IMG/VR virus record: IMGVR_UViG_3300023179_000035 | Span: 32,001 to 96,000 of that record | Length of the DNA stretch: 64,000 nt | Strand: one strand, 5' to 3' | From: a virus | Shown here: positions 56,512 through 64,000 of the stretch, one piece after another | Layout: every line of letters starts with the position of its first letter | Position numbering within the stretch: position 1 is the first letter of the stretch | Notes under the pieces: generated by a model | Database searches by the model: none | What the model saw: only the letters and a program-made list of their open reading frames with translations | What the model was told of the DNA's origin: nothing | Made by a program: the position numbers and the translations under genes

Positions 56512-57359
56512 AGCTCGCCTGGTGCACAGACATCCACTTGGACTTCCTGGACGGTCCCGGCAGGCCGAATACTATTTACCAGGATTTTGCCAAACCGCTG
56601 TCTGACGTAGACAGCGACGCGGTCATGATTACAGGAGATATCTCCCTCTCCAGCATGCTGCCTCGTCATCTGTCAGATCTTGAGGCTGTCGTTAGAAAGC
56701 CAATCTACTTTGTCCTTGGAAACCACGATATTTACGGAAGCTCATTTGGCGCTGTACACGACCAGGTAAAAAACCTGTGCTCGTCATCAAAGAACCTGAA
56801 GTACTTGACAGGGTCGGGTCCGGTCTCTCTCACGAGAAAGACTGCACTCGTCGGAGACGACGGTTGGTACGACGCTTACCACGGCGACGCTTCGCGATCT
56901 CCCTACGTCATGTCGGACTGGGTCCAGATCGCTGACTACGTCAACGCTGGCTGCGCTCAGAGCACTGGGATGTATGGCCCACGGCCTAACATGGGAAGCG
57001 TCATCGCTATCTCTCGAAAGATTGCTTTTGACGCGGCCGAGAGGATGAGGGCTGCCGCTTCGGCCGCGTCAAAGTCTCACAAAGTCGTCGTCATCCTCAC
57101 ACATGTGCCGCCGTGGGTTCAGGCGCATCGACTCGATGGCAAGAGTGGGTCAGTTGTAGCGCACCCGTGGTACACTTCTAAGCTGATGGGCGACGCGATC
57201 GAGGAGGTCGCGAGAGAGCACCCCAGCGTACGATACGAGGTCTTTTGTGGCCACACACACGGGCAGTACGACGCTAAGATAGCAGACAATGTCTCCTGTC
57301 ATGTCGGAGGCGCTGAGTACGGCAAGCCTGACATCGTAGGCACTGTATTACTTGAATAG
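56508..57359 (+). CDS. Calcineurin-like metallophosphoesterase
   Basis: TDIH, ITGDIS, LGNHD, THVPP and GHTH motifs. Confidence 0.9.
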   Translation: MKLAWCTDIHLDFLDGPGRPNTIYQDFAKPLSDVDSDAVMITGDISLSSMLPRHLSDLEAVVRKPIYFVLGNHDIYGSSFGAVHDQVKNLCSSSKNLKYLTGSGPVSLTRKTALVGDDGWYDAYHGDASRSPYVMSDWVQIADYVNAGCAQSTGMYGPRPNMGSVIAISRKIAFDAAERMRAAASAASKSHKVVVILTHVPPWVQAHRLDGKSGSVVAHPWYTSKLMGDAIEEVAREHPSVRYEVFCGHTHGQYDAKIADNVSCHVGGAEYGKPDIVGTVLLE

Positions 57360-57368
57360 TTAACTGTC

Positions 57369-58310
57369 ATGTCAATATCCCCACGTCGTTTAATGCCTGG
57401 CAATAGGGTCGCTATCGTGGCGCCTTCATCTCCGTTCGACGCCCACGAGCTGCAGGACGGAATTGATACCATATCTGCCATGGGCCTCGTGCCGGTCCTC
57501 GGCCCAAACGTCAAAAATCTTCGCGTCAGGACGATACACTCAGCCTCGGCCCAGCAGAGGGCAAACGAGTTAATGTGGGCTTTCACGCACCCTGACATCC
57601 ACGCTATCCTCTGCGTTCGCGGCGGGTACGGCTCAGCCGAGGTCCTCCCCCTCCTCGACTTTGACGCCATCGGCGACGCCAGGAAGGTTTTCATCGGAAA
57701 GTCAGACGCCACAGCGCTGACCAACGGTATCTACAGCAGGTGTGGCCTGGTGGCAGTTTGCGGCCGGACCGCCTCTATACGAGGCGATTTCTCCGACTCA
57801 GACGTCAAGTCCCTAGAGGACACGCTTCGTCTATGCATGAATAACCTCGAGTGGGGCAGCAGGCCATTCGACAACAGCAACATAACCCCTCGGACTGTCA
57901 GCCCAGGCAGGGCGGTGGGTCCAGCTATCGGAGGTAACCTTGAGACGCTGTGCACGCTGCTCGGGACGCAGTACTTTCCTGACCCAGAGGGTGCCGTCCT
58001 CTTCATAGAGGACGTCCACAAGGGAGGGACGTCTATCGCTAGGAAGCTGTTACACCTCAAGATGACGGGAGTGCTCAGCAGCGTAGCGGGAATAGTCATC
58101 GGTGAGTTTTCAGACATCCCCAAGAAGTCTGACCCAGACGACCCCTCTATAGAAGATGTCATCTTAGAGTACCTGACGGGTGGTGCTCCCTGCGTCTATG
58201 GCTACAGCTTCTCACACGGCGAGTACACTTGTCCTGTCCCAATCGGTGCCATGACTGTCATGGACGCTGACACGCGCGAAGTCTCTTTCAAATTTTCGAT
58301 GGGGAGGTAA
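57369..58310 (+). CDS. S66-family LD-carboxypeptidase (LdcA/MccF-like)
   Basis: IVAPSS, RGGYG, IGKSDAT (Ser), GGNL, LFIEDV (Glu) and FSHG (His). Confidence 0.88.
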   Translation: MSISPRRLMPGNRVAIVAPSSPFDAHELQDGIDTISAMGLVPVLGPNVKNLRVRTIHSASAQQRANELMWAFTHPDIHAILCVRGGYGSAEVLPLLDFDAIGDARKVFIGKSDATALTNGIYSRCGLVAVCGRTASIRGDFSDSDVKSLEDTLRLCMNNLEWGSRPFDNSNITPRTVSPGRAVGPAIGGNLETLCTLLGTQYFPDPEGAVLFIEDVHKGGTSIARKLLHLKMTGVLSSVAGIVIGEFSDIPKKSDPDDPSIEDVILEYLTGGAPCVYGYSFSHGEYTCPVPIGAMTVMDADTREVSFKFSMGR

Positions 58311-58315
58311 GCACA

Positions 58316-58849
58316 GTGAGGGCGCTGCTACTTGACTCCACCTGGAGGCCGATAACTTTCATAAAAGAAGTACGCGCAGCTGTCATGGTCATGGCTGGCA
58401 AGGCAGAGGTAGTCACTGACTGGGAGGACAGGCACCTGTCCTCCCAGCGTATGACGATGAAGTCTCCTGCTGTCATTCGGCTCCACAGCTACGTTCATAG
58501 GCACCGCGGCGTGCCACGTTTTCGTCGGTCTGTCCTGTACTCTCGGGACGGCTGGCAGTGTCAGTACTGTGGTGAGAAGCTATCAGCCTCTAGCCTCACC
58601 ATTGACCACGTGGTGCCCAGGGCCATGGGTGGCAAGACTTCTTGGAACAACTGCGTCGCGTCCTGCAGGCCCTGCAACAGGAAAAAGGGCTGCATGCCCC
58701 TCCGTGAAGCAGGTATGACCCTCAAGAAGCAACCTACGCCGCCTAACCCTTCACACTTCTGGGACTGGCGCAATAGGTTATCAAGCGACTCGTGGCACCC
58801 CACGTGGTCGCAGTTCATAGGAGCGAAGAATGCCCAGGGAGCTTGTTGA
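58316..58849 (+). CDS. HNH endonuclease
   Basis: RDGWQCQYCG, TIDHVVPR..GG..SWNNCVASCRPCNRKKG. Confidence 0.88.
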   Translation: MRALLLDSTWRPITFIKEVRAAVMVMAGKAEVVTDWEDRHLSSQRMTMKSPAVIRLHSYVHRHRGVPRFRRSVLYSRDGWQCQYCGEKLSASSLTIDHVVPRAMGGKTSWNNCVASCRPCNRKKGCMPLREAGMTLKKQPTPPNPSHFWDWRNRLSSDSWHPTWSQFIGAKNAQGAC

Positions 58850-59042
58850 ATACATTAGAGAAGTAATGGCTGCCAGCGACCGCGTCGACGGCCCGTATAC
58901 TCATAACTTAGCTGACGACCCAGCGGCCCACGGCAAGTCCGCCCTCGTCCCTGACGACATCAAGGGCAAGATTTTCTCCTACTTCGAGAAGATGGGATTA
59001 TCCGCCAAGCGGTCTAAGAAAAAATCCGGAAGAAGAACCTAA
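58830..59042 (+). CDS. Small hypothetical protein (LVEYIRE leader)
   Basis: 70-aa ORF filling the gap to the next gene. Confidence 0.55.
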   Translation: MPRELVEYIREVMAASDRVDGPYTHNLADDPAAHGKSALVPDDIKGKIFSYFEKMGLSAKRSKKKSGRRT

Positions 59043-59049
59043 TTAGCTA

Positions 59050-60147
59050 GTGGAGAACTACCGAATGAGCCTTAAATTTGGCCAGCTTAAAGAAGTAGCC
59101 GACGGTGTCATAAAGCGACAGAAGCTGCTTGACGCTGTCACGACAGAGGCTCGCGACACGTTTGGACCATTTATAAGCACCTGCGCTGACCTGTCGCGCG
59201 TCTGCGACGAGATCCTGAACAGGAGCGACCTGCTCGAGGCACGCGGCAGGCCATACGCGCATCACTTCAAGACTTCTACCCTCAAGAAGCTCCTCGAGTC
59301 GGGCGTGCAGCCTGCCCGGCTGGTAGCTGCAAGGTTCTTACCAGTAGACCTCACCAAGGACCTCGCGACGGACCGCGATCCAGACGTTAGGTACGAGGCC
59401 TGCAAGAGGCTACCGGCTGACGTCGTCAAGGAGGCCTCAGAAAGCTACCCTGCAGACTTCGGTGTCAAGATGCTGCTTGAGGCCAAGGCGCCTGCGCACG
59501 ACAGCGAGCACTTACACATGTACGACAAGAAGAGGATGGGCAAGGCGGCGCGGCCAGCCATCCAGCCTGACTTTACCGACGCATTCTACCACACACACGC
59601 CCTTAAGGCCGTCCAAGACTACGGCACTAACGTAGAGGGACAGTGGGAAGAGGTGTACGTGAAGAGGTACTGTTCTTCCTACACTCAGACGACAGGCATA
59701 GAGATCGACGCTGGCAAGCTGTACAAGTCGGTCATGGCAGTCCTCAAGAAGAAGGACGACGACGCCCTGACGCAAGGCGAGCTGAAGCGACTTGAGAAGC
59801 TGCACAGGATGCGTGAGTCTGCAGAGCGCGTCTCAGGGCCGAGCGAAGGGCAGGCTGTCGCCTCAAGCTCTGACTTCATCAAGCGTGTCAACGAGTCCTT
59901 CAGGGTGCGGCAGGCGATGATGCCAGCCGGCCTCCGCAAGTACACAGTATCGTCAGGCGACTTCATGGTTCCAATGAAGGCGACCGCGCCTGGTGGCGTC
60001 CTCACATACGACATTGAGAGGACTCTGGACGACTACGTCTCCCGCTGGAACGCTACGATGCAGCTCGTTGGCGAGAGCGTACAGCTGTCTTGGACGCCTG
60101 ACCCCGTGTCGGCCGGCGGCGTCTGCTTCAACCTGGTGATAAAGTGA
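59050..60147 (+). CDS. Hypothetical protein with a short helical (HEAT/LRV-like) repeat
   Basis: 365 aa; LATDRDPDVRYEACKRL; several LLE sites. Confidence 0.65.
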   Translation: MENYRMSLKFGQLKEVADGVIKRQKLLDAVTTEARDTFGPFISTCADLSRVCDEILNRSDLLEARGRPYAHHFKTSTLKKLLESGVQPARLVAARFLPVDLTKDLATDRDPDVRYEACKRLPADVVKEASESYPADFGVKMLLEAKAPAHDSEHLHMYDKKRMGKAARPAIQPDFTDAFYHTHALKAVQDYGTNVEGQWEEVYVKRYCSSYTQTTGIEIDAGKLYKSVMAVLKKKDDDALTQGELKRLEKLHRMRESAERVSGPSEGQAVASSSDFIKRVNESFRVRQAMMPAGLRKYTVSSGDFMVPMKATAPGGVLTYDIERTLDDYVSRWNATMQLVGESVQLSWTPDPVSAGGVCFNLVIK

Positions 60148-60704
60148 TGAACTACGCAGACACCAGGGTGTCACGTCCTACCCTCACGGCAGTCAGCGCC
60201 TGTATGCAGAGCTCAAACGAGCCCTACTGGGAGCTCTTCGTCGTCATAGGCCTGCTGCGTCACCTGTATTTCGTCCACCAGACAAACCACTGGACAGTGT
60301 CAGGCGACCCATTCTATGGAGACCACCAGCTCTTCCAGCGCCTCTACGCGGGTGTAGAGGAGAACGGAGGCATCAACGACGAGATAGACAGCGTAGCCGA
60401 GAAGGCTGTAGGCCTAGGCTCAGCTAACCTAGTCGACCTAGCGTCGCAGCTGGCCTTCGTGTCGCAGTTGCAGCAGAGCTTCGGCCACCGCCCTTACAAC
60501 CTCCCACACCCAGACAAGCTCGTCCAACTGTCGCTGTCGGCAGAGCTGACGTTCCTGCACGCCATGGAGCACGTCTGCCAGTCGCTTAAGTCGTCTGGGA
60601 TGATGACACACGGCCTCGACAACCTGCTGGCTGGCATTGAAGACACACACGAGAGCTCTGTCTACCTCCTGAAGCAGAGGTCGACGTCAGTCTTCCTACC
60701 ATAA
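60144..60704 (+). CDS. dps: Dps/ferritin-like protein
   Basis: HWTVSG.PFYGDH.LFQRLY and EIDSVAEK ferroxidase residues. Confidence 0.75.
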   Translation: MMNYADTRVSRPTLTAVSACMQSSNEPYWELFVVIGLLRHLYFVHQTNHWTVSGDPFYGDHQLFQRLYAGVEENGGINDEIDSVAEKAVGLGSANLVDLASQLAFVSQLQQSFGHRPYNLPHPDKLVQLSLSAELTFLHAMEHVCQSLKSSGMMTHGLDNLLAGIEDTHESSVYLLKQRSTSVFLP

Positions 60705-60725
60705 CTTAGGCTGTCGCGCCAAATG

Positions 60726-60756
60726 AAAACGGCCTCCGAGCGGAGGCCGTTTTTTT
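60726..60756. terminator. Bidirectional intrinsic terminator between convergent genes
   Basis: aaaacggcctcc-gagc-ggaggccgttttttt. Confidence 0.85.
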
Positions 60757-60772
60757 ATATTGTAGGTTTAAA

Positions 60773-61372
60773 TTACTTCTTGCTTAGCTGCTTTATGTGT
60801 TGAGCGATAGCCTCTGGCGAACGGATGTCTGGGTTCTCTTCCTTGGCATGCTTCATCATCTTGATGAGTTTCGTCATAGAGACATCGCCCTCTTTATTCT
60901 TGCCAGCCCTCTTGGCCAGGGACTTTGCCATCTTCTTCTGGGTCTTCATGGAGGGGCCCTTCCGCCTCTTCTTTTTCTTGGCCTCTAGGATGACTGACTC
61001 AACCATGCCTGAGTAGCCACACTCGTCGCAGTAATCCCCCTCTGCGGCCATCCCGCCTCCGCACTTGTCACAAGCCTCTGTCGACTCGTCCATGTCATAC
61101 TCGGCCCCGCAGCCACAGCCCTCTTCAGTGTCGGTCATCAGCATCTTACCACACATTGGACACGCTGATCCAGCGTCGCAGCAGCCACACGACGTTCCTG
61201 TCGAGTGGCATCCGCAGTCGCAGTGGCCCTCATCCGTCATTGCCCGGACGTCAGGTGCGCCTACAGGAACGCCAGCTGGCATCTCTGCCCAAGCCCCCAT
61301 AGATGGGTCGCCAAAGTTCTCAACCAGCCTGCCGCGCTTTGTGACGGCCCACTCAATTAGCCTTTTGTCCAT
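60773..61372 (-). CDS. Cys-rich hypothetical protein with basic C-terminus
   Basis: HCDCGCH..CGCC..CPMCG..CGCG..CDKCG..CDECG; ATAGTTA on the minus strand at 61390-61396. Confidence 0.6.
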   Translation of the reverse strand: MDKRLIEWAVTKRGRLVENFGDPSMGAWAEMPAGVPVGAPDVRAMTDEGHCDCGCHSTGTSCGCCDAGSACPMCGKMLMTDTEEGCGCGAEYDMDESTEACDKCGGGMAAEGDYCDECGYSGMVESVILEAKKKKRRKGPSMKTQKKMAKSLAKRAGKNKEGDVSMTKLIKMMKHAKEENPDIRSPEAIAQHIKQLSKK

Positions 61373-61451
61373 GGATGTCTCCTGGGTTTTAACTATGTCG
61401 TTGTTTGTGTTTTAGTTGTATACTGGACGTCCTACTGCATAATATCAGCCC

Positions 61452-61826
61452 ATGGTAGATCGTCTCAAAGAGATGCTACAGCTGCGTGAGCACTTCATGT
61501 CCGAGCTGGCAGCACGGCGACCGATGGTACTGCAGCAGTGGCCTGTCGATATCAAGACCAAGGAGTCACAGCAGGTGGTACGCGACACAGTGCTGAAGGG
61601 CGTCGAGGAGATGTTTGAGTCCCTGCAGCACCTCAAGAACTGGAAGCCTCACAGGGACACAGAAGTCCGCGACTTTGACCACCAGGCATTCCTGGAGGAG
61701 TACGTCGATGCCTTCAACTACTTCCTGTCAGTGCTCGTCATGCTAGGCATCGACGCAGACGAGTTCTACGAAGCCTACCTCCGGAAGGACGCGATCATCC
61801 ACGAGAGGCTCAAGGTCGGGTACTGA
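61452..61826 (+). CDS. All-alpha (MazG / dimeric dUTPase-like) NTP pyrophosphatase
   Basis: EEMFE..HLKNWKPH, LEEYVDAFNY and YL.KD...HER...GY motifs. Confidence 0.75.
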   Translation: MVDRLKEMLQLREHFMSELAARRPMVLQQWPVDIKTKESQQVVRDTVLKGVEEMFESLQHLKNWKPHRDTEVRDFDHQAFLEEYVDAFNYFLSVLVMLGIDADEFYEAYLRKDAIIHERLKVGY

Positions 61827-61828
61827 GG

Positions 61829-62773
61829 ATGATAGACTGGTCCAACCTAGGCGCAGCCCTCCAGGCCCAGCGGTGCTTCTCTGATATTTTCTTTGAATCC
61901 TCGTCCATGTCTGACGAAGAAAAGACGCGACAGTTCAAGTCTTTCCTGCTGTCTCTCCACTCTGAGCTGTCAGACCTGGCAGGGGCTGTTAACTACAAGG
62001 ACCACCGTCCTGGGACACACGTTGACCGCCAGAAAATTCTATTTGAGTCTGTCGACGTCTACCGTTACCTGCTCGCAGTATTAAACCTGTGGGGCATTGA
62101 CGCTGGCACCTTCGCGTCTGCCCTGGAACAGAAGGACCACCTCTTGCATTACAGGCACCTGTTGCAGCAGAGGTCTTGGGCTGGGCAGCCTGTCGTCCTG
62201 TTCGACATGGACGACGTCCTCGCGGGCTTCAGGGACAAGTTCTGCGAGTTCTCCACCCAGCGGTACGGCTTCTTCGTAGACCCTGACAGCCCTGAGTACT
62301 ACAACACTAACGCCTTCAAGGCCCACGGCGCCTCCGACGCAGACGCTTTCGCTGAGTTCATAGACGCTCGTGGGTTCTCGACGCTGGGGGTCATACAGCC
62401 CTACATGGACTTGATGTTCTCTTTGAAGGAGATGGGTTACTGGGTCCACATCGTCACAGCCCGACCAGAACGCAGTAGGTTCTGCTACCACGACACCTAC
62501 TCCTGGCTGTCGAGGCACAGCGTGCCCGCTGACGCTGTCACATTTACCCCTGAGAAGTACGCGTGGCTCGTCGGCCAGCCCTACGTGTCGTCTGCCGGGC
62601 TCTTCGCCATCGACGACTCTCCCAAGCACGCTGCGGAGTACGCGAAGCACGGGGTCAGGGTCCTGGTCCCATCGAGACCGTATAATAGGGAGATCGCCGG
62701 CCTGAAGAACGTTACTTACGTTGGCCCGGACGATAGCCCGCTAGACAAAGTGAGAGAACTTCTCTCCTTGTAA
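61829..62773 (+). CDS. All-alpha NTP pyrophosphatase fused to a HAD 5'(3')-deoxyribonucleotidase
   Basis: N-terminal ELSDL..AVNYKDH and FESVDVYRY; C-terminal FDMDDVL, IVTAR, IDDSP and PYN. Confidence 0.75.
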   Translation: MIDWSNLGAALQAQRCFSDIFFESSSMSDEEKTRQFKSFLLSLHSELSDLAGAVNYKDHRPGTHVDRQKILFESVDVYRYLLAVLNLWGIDAGTFASALEQKDHLLHYRHLLQQRSWAGQPVVLFDMDDVLAGFRDKFCEFSTQRYGFFVDPDSPEYYNTNAFKAHGASDADAFAEFIDARGFSTLGVIQPYMDLMFSLKEMGYWVHIVTARPERSRFCYHDTYSWLSRHSVPADAVTFTPEKYAWLVGQPYVSSAGLFAIDDSPKHAAEYAKHGVRVLVPSRPYNREIAGLKNVTYVGPDDSPLDKVRELLSL

Positions 62774-62809
62774 TAGGGAAACATAGGCTGTAGTTTTAAG
62801 CGGAGGCAA

Positions 62810-63742
62810 ATGACAATGTCGACAATCACCAATGGCTTCAAGGGCATCAAGGTAACCCTGCTGGACCCAGGCAACGATCGTCCGTTCCAAATGTTCTGGA
62901 ACTGGTACAGGGAGACGTGGTACTCACTGCGGGACCAGGAGTATGACCACACCAATCCCGAGCACATCAAGGCTGCAAAGGAGGTCCTAGAAGCCAAAGC
63001 TTTGCCCGTCCCACAGGAGGCGCTTAACTTCCAGATTCGAGTCGAGGGACTCAGTCGAGTCGCCCTGGCCCAGTTCACACGCGGTCGCGTCGGTTGGGCT
63101 TACTGCGTCACGTCGCAGATGCCAGAGAAGATCGAGCACGACGTCATCGTTCCCAAGAACATCTACGAGTCCGAGTTTGGCGCCGAGGCGGCCGAGCTCG
63201 TTCTCAAGTCCCAGAGCCTCTACGAGAAGATGGTGGCGGCAGGAGTTCCTCCTCAAGATTGCCGTTATTTGACGATTCACGGGCAGACGACCAACCTGGT
63301 CTGCCTCGTCAACTTCATGGCCCTCAAGGGGTACTTCGCACGTCGCTGTGAGAATGGCCTGACAGACGAGCTCAACATGATCGGTCGCCTCATCCTCCAC
63401 GAGCTTCGTGTCGCGCACCTCGACGGTGCTGGCAATGACAAGGTGCCAGGCTCAGGCTGGTCTGTCCTCCTCAGCAAGCTAGACGCGATGGGAGGCAGCA
63501 GGGCGTGCCTTAACAACGACAAGGTCTTCGGTAACACTGGCAGGGCGCCGTCGGCCGGCGATTGGATTCCTTCGCCCATCAACGAGAACAACAAGTGCGA
63601 CTGGTCCTTCGACAAGTCGGCGTGGTACTACGAGCTCCTGGAGATGCCTGACCACCTCCTCTTCCCAGGCGAGAAGGAGATGATCCAGGACTGGCGGGAC
63701 ATTGGCTTCGAGGGCCGTCTCCGAAAGATCGAGAAGAAGTGA
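62810..63742 (+). CDS. Divergent ThyX-like flavoprotein (second copy)
   Basis: P.EA.NFQIRVEGLSRVALAQFTRGR, LYEKMVAAGVPPQDCRYL and VNF.AL..YFARRC. The canonical RHR and SxRY are altered. Confidence 0.65.
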   Translation: MTMSTITNGFKGIKVTLLDPGNDRPFQMFWNWYRETWYSLRDQEYDHTNPEHIKAAKEVLEAKALPVPQEALNFQIRVEGLSRVALAQFTRGRVGWAYCVTSQMPEKIEHDVIVPKNIYESEFGAEAAELVLKSQSLYEKMVAAGVPPQDCRYLTIHGQTTNLVCLVNFMALKGYFARRCENGLTDELNMIGRLILHELRVAHLDGAGNDKVPGSGWSVLLSKLDAMGGSRACLNNDKVFGNTGRAPSAGDWIPSPINENNKCDWSFDKSAWYYELLEMPDHLLFPGEKEMIQDWRDIGFEGRLRKIEKK

Positions 63743-64000
63743 TGGGCGGCCAGCTCGTAGTCATCTATGACAGCGTCGATGGGACAGGCAAGACCCACAT
63801 GGCCCAGGAGCTGTCACGCCGCACAGGAGTGCCGTACTTCAAGAACGCGGACGAGCACAAGTACTTCTTGCGCGACCCTGAGTACTTCATCCACGCTATC
63901 AGGTACGTCGACTCGTATTTCACTTCCTACCTAGAGGCTTCCAAGGCCTCTGTCATCCTGGACAGGGCTTGGCCGTCAGAGTTTGTCTACAGCCACGTGC
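63742..64000 (+). CDS. dNMP kinase-like P-loop protein, 3'-truncated by the window edge
   Basis: MGGQLVVIYDSVDGTGKTHMA...ILDRAWPSEFVYS; ATG overlaps the upstream TGA. Confidence 0.7.
   Translation, partial: MGGQLVVIYDSVDGTGKTHMAQELSRRTGVPYFKNADEHKYFLRDPEYFIHAIRYVDSYFTSYLEASKASVILDRAWPSEFVYSHV

Larger units (their letters stand above)
436..61396. promoter_or_regulatory. Recurrent ATANTTA motif, putative phage late promoter
   Basis: On + at 436, 3451, 4890, 5353, 8563, 11711, 15298, 20454, 40192, 46969, 52350, 54917 and 57356; on - at 26271-26277 and 61390-61396. All lie just upstream of genes on the same strand. Confidence 0.7.

Noticed and set aside
1-64000. CRISPR array, tRNA genes, integrase or IS element
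   Set aside because: No regularly spaced direct repeats, no cloverleaf other than the tmRNA tRNA-like domain, and no transposase or integrase motifs seen by eye. The TnsA-like gene lacks TnsB/C partners.
1-64000. Stop-codon reassignment, as in some large phages
   Set aside because: Conserved genes are full-length in code 11, and TAA, TAG and TGA all end genes at expected positions.

Overview
This 64 kb window comes from a large T4-like, contractile-tailed (jumbo-type) bacteriophage genome. It is read in the standard genetic code, almost entirely on the + strand. The left half is a virion module: neck and tail-completion genes, two tandem ~1000-aa tail sheaths, a tail tube, a fibre with a His-motif needle, a LamG-repeat protein, a tail assembly chaperone with a probable U7 frameshift, tape measure and baseplate genes. 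It also holds a phage tmRNA, a papain-like protease, a nitrilase and two Hef/Vsr-like endonucleases flanking the tube gene. The right half is replication and nucleotide metabolism: a short PolA-like protein, HD hydrolase, gp32-like SSB, RecA, dUTPase, 5'-3' exonuclease, DnaB-like helicase, class II RNR, ThyX and Tmk. Accessory genes follow (Hsp20, SET, metallophosphoesterase, LD-carboxypeptidase, HNH, Dps), then the start of a second, divergent nucleotide cluster (two all-alpha NTP pyrophosphatases, a HAD nucleotidase, a ThyX paralogue, a kinase) that may make a modified base. The standout is recA, which is broken by an atypically split intein (31-aa IntN, 118-aa IntC) and, 15 nt downstream, by an endonuclease-carrying group I intron, so intact RecA needs both RNA splicing and protein trans-splicing. 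nrdJ is also fractured by a split intein with a free-standing endonuclease between the halves, and it carries a second, Gln-terminated HNH intein. All calls come from reading motifs by eye; no database searches were run.
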